DNA from: the human T2T-CHM13v2.0 reference genome, Homo sapiens
Reading direction: 5' to 3' (one strand)
Assembly: GCF_009914755.1 (NCBI RefSeq)
Contig: NC_060934.1
DNA: 64,000 nucleotides
The position numbers and the translations under genes were made by a program. Within the stretch, counting starts at the first letter, position 1, and every line of letters starts with the position of its first letter. The notes beneath the pieces are model-generated. The model ran no database searches. It saw only the letters and a program-made list of their open reading frames with translations, and was not told where the DNA came from. This document shows positions 26,746 through 41,775 of the stretch, piece after piece.

Positions 26746-29148
26746 GAGTGCTGGGGGTGGCCAGACGACAGGGCCGCTCTGCTCATATCCTCGACCACCA
26801 CAGGAGGGCCGCTCTTGAAGTCCTGGCCAGCAGCAGGAGACATCTTTTTAAGATGTTGGCAAGAAATGAGAGTTAGGCAATCTTCCGTCACCCTCCGCCC
26901 TCCTCCCACCCACCGTGGCCATCATAACACAGAATTTCAAAGAATGAGCTCCCAGTGGGGAGAGGTTAAACACTGTGGATTTGTTGTTTCAGGGAAGAAC
27001 TCGTGGCCAGTGACCTGCTGGAGAAGAGGCAGGAGGAAGGAAGGTGCTGTGGTCAGCATGGGAGGGAGGCAGGGAGGGGCTGAGAGGCAGGATTTGCAGT
27101 CGGTCAAGCCTGGGTTTCCTCAGCTTCATTGTCACAAAAAAGCAGAGAGGGAGGACAGCCGCTGAAGGCAGAGGCATGGCTTTGAGAGGTGGCCGTAGTG
27201 ATGCTGTGTCCAGCTCTGTGTCTGACTCTGCCCAGTGGTTCTGGAAGGAAAGCAGTACCTTGGAAGCAGGCATGGGTTCAGTTCCTTGCCCCTCCACTTA
27301 CTCATTAGATGTCCTTGGGCAAGCCCTCACGCCTTTGGAGGCAGTTACCCGCCTGTACTGTGGGACAAATAAATAACGCCTCCCCAGGGGGTCTCCATGG
27401 GCACCAGCCAAGACCTGTGTGGGAGGGGAGGGCCTGTGCACTCAGGGCCTGGGGCCTTCGGGTGGGGAACATGGCTCACCAGGCCTCGAGATGGTCTTGA
27501 GGGGTGGGCATTGGGTCTGCCTCTCTGTAGGCCTGGTGACAGCCCTTTCTGGGGTCATTAGCCTGCAGCCAGCTTTTTTCCCAGCTAAGTCTGAATGGTG
27601 AAAGCCGGATCTCCCATCCAGGACTGATTCAGTGGCCACCACTTCCTACGCTTGAGGAAGGAAGAGGAGGAAGGCCTCCTATCATCCTCAGAACCACCAC
27701 CTGCCTTTGGTGGTTGCTCATACGTGGGCACCTGCCATGGCTATTGCTGCGAGTGTGCCTGTCTTCACTCCCTGTGGAAGGTGTGGGCTGCTGTGCAGCT
27801 TGCAAAGCGCTTTTCACACTCCCTGAGCCCAAGTTTTCATTCTTGTTTTACGGACCAGGCTCTGAGAAATTGCCTCGGTCACCCACTTATAGGCAAAGCC
27901 TGAGCCACGACAGCTTAACCACAGGTGTGACCAGCTCATGGCCAGAATGTGCCACAGGATGGGGTAAGGATGCAGGCTGGGACGGGGCTGGAGGCCCAGC
28001 CCATGACTGCCAGATGGGCCTGTTGCCAGTGCCGGCTGCCATCTCTGATGGGACCCTCCAGCTCCAGCCCCTTTCACATGTGGGTCCTGGAGTCTCTGGT
28101 CCCAAGCAGCTACCGCCTACACCTGTCTTATTTTTTCAGTGCGGCATTTAGCCATGGGAGGGAGAGGTGGTGGGAGAAGTAAGTTACCTTCAAGTCTGAG
28201 TTGGCATGAACTTGCCAAATAAAACATTTAATGTATTGCCAAGAAACATTTTGCTTGCTTACTTCTTAGCAGACCAAGTGCACAATTTTCCATCAAAACT
28301 TTTCCATTGCTCAAAAGTGTCTCTGACACCGAGGCTGGATCCTGCAGCATCTTTGTCACAGCTCACATTTTATTTGGAATCTGGTGTTTTCAGAATGTCA
28401 CCACCTCTTGCTTTGCGTTTCCCGATGGAAACATTTCACAAGAATCTTTTCAGCTGTCGAAGTGGTGCAACCCTCTTTCAGAAGGTTTTATTTGTCCAGC
28501 GCAGAGAAGAACCCCTTTTTTGTGAAGTCCCTGCCACGTTTCACTGGTCAGTTCAGATCTTGCCAGGCTGCCATGGAGTGGATCAAATCCCATTACAGCA
28601 AAAGCTGTTTGAGTTTCATGGACACGTTTGTGGAAACAATTGCAGACTCCTCTGTTGACAGTCTACTTCCAGTGTGTAATGTTTGATAGAACATGCACGC
28701 AGCACAGCAGAAGAATTTGGACAGCCCTCAGAATGTGCTGGAATGGAATTTGGCTGGGCCTGCTGTCCAGGTCTCTGATGGGGCTGTGGGAGAATGTTTG
28801 CCCACCCATTAGGCAGATATTCAATGGGCTCCGTCTGTGTTGCAGATACTGGGCTAATCACAGAGATAAGTGCAACCCAGGCCCCACCCTCAGGGAGCCT
28901 AGTCAGTAGGGAATGGAAGAGACATCTGCATTTTGTTCCTAAATATGTCAGAATCATGTTAGGAAGTGGATGGAATGTGTTATGCATTTATTTTAATGTA
29001 TGTCATTAAAAAAATCCAGCCACTGCAACAGTAATTCCACTATGTTATTACTTAGAAAGACTAAGTTGGAAAAAGACAGGAGGGGCAGTTAATTACAACC
29101 TAAGTTAAAGAAAGATATTGAGTAAATACTGTAATGGTGGTAACTCTT

Positions 29149-29513
29149 TGATATGGTTTGGCTCTGTGTCCCCACCCAAGTCTCGTCTTGAATCGTAGCT
29201 CCCATAATTCCCACATGTTGTGGGAGGGACCTGATGGGAGATAGTTGAATCATGGGGGTGGTTTCTCCATTACTGTTCTTGTGGTAGTGAATAAGCCTCA
29301 CCAGATCTGATGGTTTTATAAGGGAAAACCCCTTTCACTTGGCTCTCATTCTCTCTTGCCGGCCGCCATGTAAGATGTGCCTTTCCTCTTCTGCCATGAT
29401 TGTGAGGCTTCCCTGGCCATGTGGAACTGTGAGTCCATTAAACCTCTTTTTCCTTATAAATTACCCAGTCTCGGGTATGTCTTTATCAAGCAGAGTGAGG
29501 ATGGACTAAGACA
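29149..29513 (+). mobile_element. THE1 solo LTR
   Basis: tgatatggtttggctctgtgtccccaccca...ggactaagaca; TSD ctctt/ctatt. Confidence 0.93.
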
Positions 29514-32261
29514 CTATTATAGGTGGTAGGTAAAAACCATGACAGCAGCTCATGAATGACTGGTATCTGGAAAAAATAAGTTCAGGTGTATTTTGTGTTG
29601 ATTGGTTGCCAGGGGCTTTACCTCTGTTCTCATCCAGTCCTTGGGAACCCTGGATAATGGTAGTGTCAGATGGTAGTCCCAACTGACAGCTGATAAAAGC
29701 TCATAAAGTTCAAAGAAGTGAAATGATTCATCCAAGGTCACATGACTAGTAAGTGAGGGAACTTGAATTTGGATCCAGGTCTGTCAACTCCTGATCCTGA
29801 ACTCTTAGCCACTATGCTATATGGCAATTGATCAAATTAAAAAGTGATCCTTCCCTCTGCAGAGTGTAATCCAGGAAAGCTTCCTAGGGGAGGTGGCCTC
29901 AACTGAGTGGTAGGCTTTAGCAAGGGAAGTTTGGGTGGTAAGGTAGAATGTCCCATGGGTCAGATACCCATAATTATTGGCTGGATGGTTTGAATTATAG
30001 TGACTTAAACACTTTTTCCTCATATAAATAAAATCTTGAGTTAGGCCATGCGTTGGCTCTTCTGTGTCATCAGGGTCCTAGGCTGCTTTTATCTCTCGAT
30101 TCCACTAGGTGTCTCATGATCCAAGATGGCAGATAGAGCTCCAGCCACAATATTCTTGTTCCAAAGAAGTAGAAAAAGATAAGAGGGAAAGGGTAAAAGT
30201 ACATATCTCCCAATGTGTGAGCCCCTTGAAGGAGCTTTTCTGGAAGGGAAAGCTAACAAGTTATTCTTGCATCTCATTGGCTGGCCCTGGTTATTAGGGA
30301 GGCTGCCCACTGTGTGCTCAGCATATGTGAATGGAGGACAAACATCCTGCCCTCAAGGTGCTTACAGCAGATCGAACTGCTTCTCGTTGAAGCTGTAAAG
30401 GAGACTGCAGTTGAGTGGGTAAGAAAAAGCCTCCTCTAACCAGACTTGCCTCTGGAGTGGCCCCAATAAGCTCCTGGGTCTGTTTTGGTTTCTTCAACAC
30501 ATTTATTTGGTGTTTAATTGGAGGGGAAAGTTGCAGCGATTATGTCACCTGCCCAAGGCAGCCCCTGCCCACCATCTCATCAACCCTTCTGAAAAGACAA
30601 GAGTCACTCTTGGTACAAACCAGTCTCATTCCACCACCTGCCATCCTCTGGTGCAATTAGAGCAAGAGCCCACTTTCCACCCGAATCCTGGATTGGTGTC
30701 ATTTAAGCTCAGCAGAGCCCCGTATGGTGGTGACCAGGCCCAAGTTCTGTGCAGCTTACGGGCAAGAGTAGGACCTGGGCACTGTGGGCCACCCGGGCTC
30801 CGTCCTCCCTCTCTCTCCCCTGAGGACCTGGGTTTGCTTTTCACTTCTTATCTCAGGAGGGTATGCTGGCCAGTTGCCAGAAATATCAAAAGTTTGGAGA
30901 GTTCTTTAAAATCAGTGGAGCCTTCTGGGTTGCCAATGTTGTTCCGGGGACTGGTTCAGAGATCAAATCTTGTTCATGTGAAGAAGCCCTCTCTGCTGGG
31001 ATTTGGGTTCATGTGGGTATGAAATGCCCTTTTCACTTTTTGGGAATTGGGATGCTAGACCATGGAAAGAATGTTCGGGCTGAAATGGGAGCCAGGGGTG
31101 GGATACAGCCCCTGTTTCTCCATTTGCTTGCTCAGGAGACTTACTCCACCTGGTTGGAGGCAGAGATGGGGAGAGATGGCTTCTGATGTCCTCAGCCAGG
31201 CATCTGCCTTTGTTCTGTAATTACCTCCAAGTAAATAGTCTTGGAAGGAAGTTTAGAGAGATGTTTCATAGGGTGTTAGAAATCAAACTGCTATTAATAT
31301 ACTAATTACAGTAGGCTCAATACTTACCATTGAAACAGGTCCTGGAGAGCCTCTCCTTGGCAACACTGTTAGACATTCTGTTCTTGAAATAGAAAGTCCA
31401 TATTCTTTGGTGAAAGCTCTAAATCCAGGCTTTCCCTATGAACAGCCAGCCCTTTTCTTTGGATTCAGTAGGTTCAGCTGCGGCCTCTGGCAGCAAAGGC
31501 TGGGTGGAGTGAGGTGGGGAGAATTTGACGCACTCAGAAAGCAGTCAGCTCAGCAGAGGTGTCCAAAGGTGCTGGGGCCCCAGAGGTCCCAGACCAGCTA
31601 CCTGACAATGTCATTGTACATCTAAGCATTATTTTTAGCAATGACATCACTGCTACTGGTTTTATTTTTAGATTGATGCTGCAGGTGCTGTTTGGAAATG
31701 TCTTTTTTCCCCACATCACTTTTGTCCTGGAAGTACCCAGTATATGAGGGAAACAAAATGGCAGCCACCCCACCAAGGGCAATCCATTTTTTCTTTCTTT
31801 TTTTTTTTTTTTTTTTTTGAGGTGACTTATACTTTATTAGTGTGACTTCATTCATTTTTCTGTAGAAATATTACTATGTTGATTTTGGGGATGTTTGATA
31901 TATATGACATATATAGATTATATTTCTAAAATCTGATAAGTTCTGAATTCTGAAATACATGTGATCTCAAGGGTTTCTTTATTTAAAAAAATGTCTATAA
32001 GGTAGATAACATGATGTTTTGCTATATATGTACTTAGTGAAATGATTGCTACAGTCAAGCAAATTAATACATGCATCACCTCTCATAGTTACCTTTGTCC
32101 GTGGAGTGGGGCAGAAAGGTTAAGAGTACCTAAAATCTACTCTCTTAGCAGATTTCCAGTGTACAGTACGATATTATTAACTATAGTTCTCATATTCTCA
32201 TAGTGTACATTAGATCTCTAGACTTATCCTACATAACTGCAACTTTGTGCCCTACATCTCC

Positions 32262-33114
<853 letters not shown>

Positions 33115-33364
33115 TATATCACAATTTCATTATTTTTTCATCTGTTGATGAACACTTAGATTGTTTCTATATATTGGCTAGTATAAATAATACTGCTAGT
33201 ATAAATAATGCTGCAATGAACATATGAGTACAGGTATCTCTACGAGGTGCTTATTTTATTTCCTTTGGGTATATATCCAAAGAGGGCTTGCTGGGTCATG
33301 TGGTAGTTCTGTTTTCCAATGTGGAAAATATTAAAAGGTATAACCCACATAAATAAAAGCTCCT

Positions 33365-33672
33365 GGCTAGGTGTGGTGGCTCACGCCTGTTATCCCAGCA
33401 CTTTGGGAGGCCAAGGTGGGTGGATCATGAGGTCAGGAGTTTGAGACCAGCCTGACCAACATGGCGAAACCCCTGTCTCTATTAAAAATACAAAAATTAG
33501 CCAAGTGTGGTGGCATGCACCTGTAATCTCAGCTACTCAGGAGGCTGAGGCAGGAGAATTGCTTGAATCTGGGAGGCAGAGGTTGCAATGAGCTGAGATT
33601 GAGCCACTGCACTCCAACAGCTTGGGTGACAGAGCAAGACTCTATCACAACAACAACAACAACAACAACAAA
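33365..33672 (+). mobile_element. Full-length AluS with (CAA)n tail
   Basis: Dimer; flanks aaaagctcct / aaaactcct. Confidence 0.95.
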
Positions 33673-36589
33673 ACTCCTTTGGGATCTATAATAATTTGTA
33701 GAGGTATCAAGGTGTCCTGAGTCCATAAAGTTTCAGAGTCACTGCAGTAGAGGGAAGAAAAGGACAACAGAAACAGTGAAACTTAAATAGCATTTCCTGA
33801 GCCCTGAGAAACAACCGATGCTATATAGTTATTTTTTCACTCTAAGATAACTCAAGATAGAAACTTTTAAATCTAGAGAGCTGATAAAGTAAGATAATAA
33901 TACATTCTGCAGGCCTAAGAACCCTGATCTGGAGGATCAAGACTGGGTCATGCATACATTGCATTAGACAGCGACACCTAATGAACAACAATGGTATTAC
34001 AACCCAGCTCTATGAAACCAGGGACTAGCAAGAGTAAATGCTGTATTCAGACTAAAGGACATAGATAAGAGCACATTCTGTCAGGCAGAGTATTTCATTA
34101 TTTGATATTCTTAGACAAAACAAATTCTCAGGGTGTGGAGGGCAATTTACAAAATATATAATGACAGTTCATTTGCTTAGACCTTCTTCCTTAGTTAAGT
34201 TGAATGTTAGTGGTCCATCAGGGAATCTGGAGCATAGAGTAGAATCACAATCACCTTGGACTTATAAGAAATAATTCAAAGACTTTATAGAATCAGTCTC
34301 TAGTCCCAGAATTTTATGTTTTTACCATGTTCGTGGCTCATGCTTTCTTGATTTCTGGCATCCTGTCTGATTTCTGAGTTTGGGCTAGCTAGAGTCTTGT
34401 TTGTCTATCTTCTTGATGCCCAATAAGATCAGCCCCTTTACTGTGCCTGGATTTCTATATCCAGCATTACCTAAATCCAACTTTACACAGGCTTTGGGCT
34501 CTTCCAGTTCCTCTTCTGCCCTTTAACCCCATGTGTGCCCCAGAACCATCCACAAGGAGATGCCAAGAATAGAGAAGATGAACAACAACAACAACAAAAC
34601 AGAACTGCAGCCCTTCTGTATGCTTCAGTCTCTAGCAGGCTCAGCCCAAGCCACTACCGATCCCTTTTCTCACAAGTTTTCAATGCAATCTACAGGAGGC
34701 TTTGTATTCTCATATAGGAACCCTTCTCAAAACTGATAAAACGATAAAGGCTTTGCTTTACTAAAATTTGCTGTGCCAGCCCTCTCTTTAGCAACTGACC
34801 AGTGCTGAGCTATCTCATGCTACCTCTATGGCATTGTCAAAGAAGGCAGGGAATGTCTTTGCCCACCAAAGAACAGCATGTGTGTGAGGCCCATGCTAGG
34901 GAAGAAAAAATTCTTAACAAAGTGAGGTGTGAAGGTGGCTGGGGGCCAACTGGACCCTGGAGCCCAAGCGAAGTGAAGTGATGCCAGATGCCTTGCCCTA
35001 TCAAAGTAATGAAAGTGATCTGGAAATGGTGTTTTTTCTCATTTTAATGACAGAGCAGGGCTGGGTAAGGAATAACTGTAAGTGCAGATGAAGCTTGTTT
35101 ATGCTCCAAAGATAAAGTCACAAATGGGGGGTAGGGTGGGCTGTGGCCTTCCCTTGCTCTAGGCAAATTCCCTCAGCACTAGAGAAGGTGCCTTCCAAAG
35201 GGCCTGTGTTGTGTCTGCAGTTCTGTTCCCAGGGAAGTGGAAGCTGAGGCACCTGTGGTAAAGCCCCTCATGGGAGCGGGGGTCAGGGAGATGTTTGGAA
35301 AGGCTGTGGCTGATAATGAGACGCGGGTAACCCTGGTGGATATCGTTCCATCCTGGTGCGTGCCTTCCTGGTTGCCTCCTGCTGCCTGCTCCTGGGGAGT
35401 GGAGTGGGGGAAGCATTAGTCTGGATTGTTGTTGGCTTGGTTGCCTTCCAGAGGCCTGCATCCAGGTGCCAGGGAAATTCTGACTGAAGTCCATTCAACA
35501 ATAGCAATAGCGGCTCACACTCAGGCCTGCTGGCCCCACCATTGACAGCTTTGCATGAGCTTCTTTCCATGCAAGAGGGCTGTCCCCAGGTTCACTCCCC
35601 ACTTCTTGTTCTGCTGCCTGCATTCTTGGCCACGTAGTTAAGTCTCCCTCCCTTTGTGCCCCCTTTATGTCTCTGGTCTTCTCCAACATTAGCCATGCCA
35701 TTGGCAGGGTGGGGGTGGGTGGTGGGGCACGCTTCCTGACTCGGATGCCTTGACCCCACAGGGACTGAGTTTTGGACAAGGTGCAGCGGCAGCCTCCCAA
35801 GCCAGGGGTGGGCAGCGTCTGCTGAGCAGATCCTGGTCCTCTCGGGGTGGCTGCATCAATCACACCCAAAGGGGAGAGGCCTCAGTATGGAAAGTATGTG
35901 AGCCTTGGATGGAATCACGGATGGCCCGAAATGGCTTGGCCCCTTGTTTCTAAGGCCCCGGCTGGTTTCCCCATTGTGCAGTGGGGAGGGAGAAAGGGGC
36001 CAGCTTGCCTGAGTTCCTGGAGCACGAGTGAGAGTCCCTGAGCCACAGGTAGGTGAGGGCAAGGGTGGCAGTGTTTTGGGGTGTCCACGCAGCATGCATG
36101 GCTGGTCCTAGCTCGGATGTTGTCTGACAGTCACCCATGAGGAACAGGAGTCCCTCCCATTACTCAGCCAAGGGCACAGAGTGATTATGCCCGGGGTGTA
36201 GCAAATGCTCTGCAAATAGTAGCTGCTCTGACCATGTGATTTGACTGGCATTGCCCAGATGCTGAGTGGTGGTGCCAGGATTGGACCTGTATCCATCTCA
36301 TGCCTCCACCCAGGCCCTCCACCCGGCAGCCTGGCCGCCTTCTCCTGGTCCTGGTCCCCTTGCCCCCAGGAATTGAGGCGTGCATGGTGCATTTCCATCT
36401 CCCACATCATGGTCCTGTCTGTGCCCTCATCTGCTCCTCTTCCACAGGCCTCTCAGGGAGGCAGGCAGGGCAGAGTCAGCAGCCCCATTTTAGAGACCAG
36501 GAAACTAAGGCCCAGGGATTCCTCAGAGGTCACCAAGCTTGTAAATGGCAGCACTGAGCCTCAAGCCTTGCTCTTTGGATCATCCACTT

Positions 36590-36955
36590 TGTATTAGTCT
36601 GCTCAGGCTGCTATGACAAAATACCACAGAGTGGGCGGCTTAGACAACAGGTATTTCTTTCCTCACAGTTCTGGGGGCCACAGTTCAAGATCCAGGTGCC
36701 TCAGGGCTGGCTTCTGCCCTTGCTGGTTTGTAGATCCACTGTCTTCCTGTTATGTCCTTGCCCGGCCTTTCCGCTGAGCTCTCTGGTGTCTCTTCCTCTC
36801 CTCCTAAGGACACCAGCCCTATCAGTTAGGGCCCCACCCTGAAGAATTCATTTAACCTTAATTACCTCCCCAAAGCCCCACCCCCAAATATAGTCACATT
36901 GGGGGTTAGGGCTTCAACATATGAATTTGGGGACAACACAGTTCAGTTCATAACA
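36590..36955 (-). mobile_element. MLT1A-like solo LTR
   Basis: tgtattagtctgctcaggctgctatgacaaaataccacaga...gggggttagggcttcaacatatgaatttgggg...taaca. Confidence 0.88.
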
Positions 36956-37784
36956 CACCCTGAGCCCCCTCCACTGTTTGGAGTCCCCTAGGTCACACCA
37001 GGGGGGTTGCTGGTGCTGTGCATCAGAGGAGCCATTTGGAGAGACTGTGCCAGAGGCCAGGGGTGGGGCTGGGGCAATCCAGGAAGGCTTCCTGGAGGAG
37101 ATGTGTGTACACACGAGAGGGCTTGGGGGCAGTACATGCCCTTACGGGGGCCTATTTCAGGGAACCCCACATGTAATCCACACCAGTAACTCAGATGAGC
37201 TGTAGCTGTTTTCCAGGAGCCACTTTCTCTCCATGGTTATGGCAAGAGGGGAGCCTCCGGGTCCTGCGTGGCCCAGCAAGGCAGCTGTGGGTTGATGCAG
37301 CAAAGCAGGTTGTGTTTCCAGGTCATTCGTGTGGAAGGGAATGGGATCCCAGGTGGGCAGGGCCAGGCAACAAAGGCCAGAAATCGAGCTGAGCACCCAC
37401 GAAGCCTTCCTCAGAGCAAAGACCTGCAGAGGGGACCACTGCATGTGGCAGCTGCCCCAGATGCTGTGGCCCTGGCTGCTGTGGGAGGGTAATTTTTGTT
37501 AAGATGAACTAAGTTGGGACTGCATCTCACACAGTGGCCTTTGTATAAATTCGCTTGCCTTCCTCATCCGGTATCTGTCCCCTCTTTGGTTCACACCCTG
37601 GATGCAGGTGTTCGGGGGAATGTGCACTGCCACACTTAGAACATTCAAGTTTCTGCCATCCCTGTGTTTCTGGAGTGACAGTGATGTTCCCGGGGGGGAG
37701 GTGTGGGTTCATGCAGCAAGTCCCATGCAGAGTCCGGGGCAAATTCAGGTCCTGAGTGAGGTCGTAGTGGGTACCTGGCTAGCA

Positions 37785-38060
37785 GGCTGAAGGGAGGTTG
37801 AGGAGATTGAGGAGGCTGAGGGGGCTTGAGGAGGCTGGGGAGGCTGAGGAGGCGGAGGGAGGCTGAGGAGGCTGAGGAGGTGGAGGGAAGCTGAGGGAGG
37901 TAGAGGGAGGTGGAGGGAGACTGAGGGAGGTGGAGGGAGGTTGAGGAGATAGGGGGAGGCTGAGGAGGCCGAGGGAATCTGAGGGAGGCAGGGAGGGAGG
38001 CTGAAGAGTCTGAGGGGGTGAAGGAAGTTGAGGGAGGCTGAGGCTGAAGGAGGCTGAAGG
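37785..38060. repeat. G/A-rich degenerate repeat (gaggctgag/ggagg units)
   Basis: Read directly; extreme purine/G skew on the + strand. Confidence 0.9.
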
Positions 38061-38279
38061 ACTCTGCTCTTTGGGTAGAACTTCCTGTTTCTCATGTTTC
38101 CTCTCTGTAGACCACAGTGCCCAGCCCTGCCCCAAAGCAGAGCCAGAGCTTGTGTCCATTTCTTGGGTGTGTAGTGTGCCTTTGGCTTCTCTTTAGTTGT
38201 GCCTTGGAATGGCACACGGGGCTGGGTGGGATTCTGGAGGCGCTTAGTGGGTGGCTTCTCAGAGCTCAGGCCACAGCCC

Positions 38280-38542
38280 TTGTGAGTGGGAAGAGTCTGT
38301 GTGAGTGGGAGGAGCCTGTGTGAGTGGGAGGAGTCTGTGTGAGTGGGAGGAGCCTGTGCGAGAGGGAGGAGCCTTGTGAGTGGGAGGAGCCTGTGTGAGT
38401 GGGAAGAGCCTGTGTGAGTGGAAGGAGCCTGTGTGAGTGGGAAAAGTCTGTATGAGTGGGAGGAGCCTGTGTGAGAGGCAGGAGCCTGTGTGAGTGGGAA
38501 GAGACTTGTGAGTGGGAGGAGACTGTGTGAGTGGGAGGAGCC
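38280..38542. repeat. 19-bp minisatellite, 14 units (consensus tgtgtgagtgggaggagcc)
   Basis: Units counted by hand. Confidence 0.95.
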
Positions 38543-39486
38543 CCTCTCGCAGCTCCATGGTCAAGTGTTTGAGGCTAAGTTAGGAGAAGATGGTCTGTCC
38601 GTCCTCTTCCTCCCTCCTCCCTCCTCCTCTTCCACACCCGGCCCGGGGCCCTTTGCTCTGGGTCATGCTCTGTTCCCAGGCCCTGTGGGGATGCTGGGAA
38701 CCCTGGGAACACAGCTCCCTTCCTGCCCGAGGCCCTGAGCGTTCTGAGCCTGTGGCCGCTGCTTCTCTGGTGGGAAACGGTGGTTTCCTCTTGAGGGAAG
38801 TGTTAGTCGCTGCCTTTCCCTCCCTCTGATTCCCAAGGATGAGTCTCTTTGGGACAGCAGGTGCCTCTGGGAAGGTCTCCTGGCTAGGTGGGCTCTGGCT
38901 CCCTGGGAGTACTGTGGGCTTTGAAGCCAAAAAGACCTGGACGCAGATCCCAGCTCCTCCGCTGATGCACTGTGACCTTGGGCAATGCACAGACCTTAAA
39001 CTGGCTGTGCCCTGGTTTTCTGTCCAGCAGGACCGGGCAGTGCTGTCCACTCTACAGTGGAATGAAGGCAGAGAATGGCGCATCAGAGGTGCGGCTCATG
39101 GCAGGTGCTAAACACTTGGGAGTGTCTGGGCGCCTGGTGCGGGAACATGAGCAGAAGCCCCACCCCACTTGGATGTCTGGTGGTCTTCGCTGCTTTCTGA
39201 CTGCCTAGATGGGGAGGCCTCGAGGCCATCATGATTCAACCATTCTCTTACTCAGCAAGCCCTGACCACCATTCATTCATTCATCCATTCACTTCCGAGA
39301 ACCTGCCGCGTAGTAGGCCTTGTTCTCTGCACTGGGGCACACAACCATGGATAAGACAGACCAGGACTTGTGCTCCAATTCTATGTTGAAGGTGAGGGAA
39401 GAAGTTAATTAAGCAATCAGCCAAGCGGATTTCAAAGGACAGCTGTGCTGCACGCCACTGAGGAGACGTGAGAGGAATCCTGGCTA

Positions 39487-39913
<427 letters not shown>

Positions 39914-40751
39914 TCAGTGATTATTGGAGGTGATGCTACTACAAGAAGGAATAATATTTTAAAGAATAAAGTCAGTTCTTAGGAAGCCGGTAGTAACCCT
40001 GTAACAATCTGGTGTTTAATCATTTAGATAAAGCCATAGCCTGGGGTCAAAGATTGGCTGGAGGTGTGCCTGGAGCATTAAGCTCATGCTCACCACCAAA
40101 CTTCCTGTCCCTTGTAAGTAAGTCAGTGTCATCCCAGGTGCTGGCATGGCCAGTTTAGGATCACCCTTTGCCTGTGCCTTTGGGGAACCCCAGGACACTT
40201 GAGTCTGAATGGCCTGATGTGGCTAGGACAAGGGCAGTCTTGCGCAACTCTTCCATCTTGGGAAAACAAATGTGATTCCTAATGTGTTGCCTCGAGTTCC
40301 TGGAACCAGGGTGTTTGTTTTATGTAATAGACAGCAGAGACCATTCTGTTGACTTCAGAGCCTTCCTGCATCTAAACTATAACTCTTCATAAAATGTCCT
40401 TTCAATGTGGTTTATCCAGGATATCTCAGGGAAGGAAGACTAAATAGTGTCTCACAGGGAAGAAGAACATTCTGCATTTCAGGTCACCACCTTGAGATAC
40501 GAACACGTGCTTTTGAGATTTGGGGACCTTAATTCCTCTGGGAAACTCCTCTCTTTGCTGAGTGCTGGGGCTGCCCAAGAAGCATGGGACCCTTGGAGCC
40601 TTATTATAGCCCCATGGGTCAGACTGAAGATCAGGTGGGTACATTGTGTTTGAAGCAACATCTGTATCTCCCAAGCCACGGCAAAGGAGCATCTGAAACT
40701 CATCCAGATTTAGTAGATGAGACTAAGCTGGTGAACACTCAGTTCCATTTA

Positions 40752-41256
<505 letters not shown>

Positions 41257-41317
41257 CTAGGACCAGGGAAGTAAATCTGAGAAAAGGTCATGCAGCTAGT
41301 ACGTGGTTGTAGAAGGC

Positions 41318-41775
41318 AGAGTATAGGTTCAGCTGCTGTAGCAAAGACCTAGACTAACATTGGCCTAAACAAGGTGGAAGCCGGTTTGTCCCTCATGGAA
41401 CAGTGCTGGGGTTGGGGTCTACTAGGGCTGCTATGGAAACTCTGTCTGCATGGTCACCCAGTTCCCAGTCTTTTTCTGGCCTTACAATGTTGCCCTCGTT
41501 GACATGGGCCAAGATGGTGCCCACTGTGTTTACATTCTAGCCTCTGGGAAGAGGGAAGCTGGGAGGGGAAGAAGGGGCACACCTTTTCTCTTTAAGGGTG
41601 TTACTCAGAACTAACTTGGATCTGTTGTTTCTGTTCACATTCCATTGGTCAAAATTTGGTCACCTAGCCACCCCTAGCTGCAGAGGTGGCAGGGAAGTCT
41701 TTCTTTTGGAGCTAAAAATGGGAGATCTATTACTATAGAAAACATGATGAACAGCTATTGGGTGACAGCTAGTGT
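41318..41775 (-). mobile_element. Old MLT1 (J/K-like) LTR
   Basis: ggttcagctgctgtagcaaagacc...ggcctaaacaagg...cacattccattggtcaaaatttggtcacctagccacccctagctgcag. Confidence 0.6.

Noticed and set aside
28201-28218. TTGGCA-N6-TGCCAA as a full NFI site
   Set aside because: Spacing is TTGGC-N8-GCCAA, not the canonical N5.
28206-28658. 150-aa ATG-initiated ORF in unique sequence
   Set aside because: No recognisable domain or splice context; length is within chance expectation for 64 kb in six frames.
30507-31022. 171-aa ORF
   Set aside because: Non-ATG start, no homology I recognise, no exon signals.
37745-38564. Pro/Ser-rich ORFs; VNTR superficially like a CRISPR array
   Set aside because: Low-complexity repeat translations; units are contiguous with no unique spacers, and the DNA is primate.
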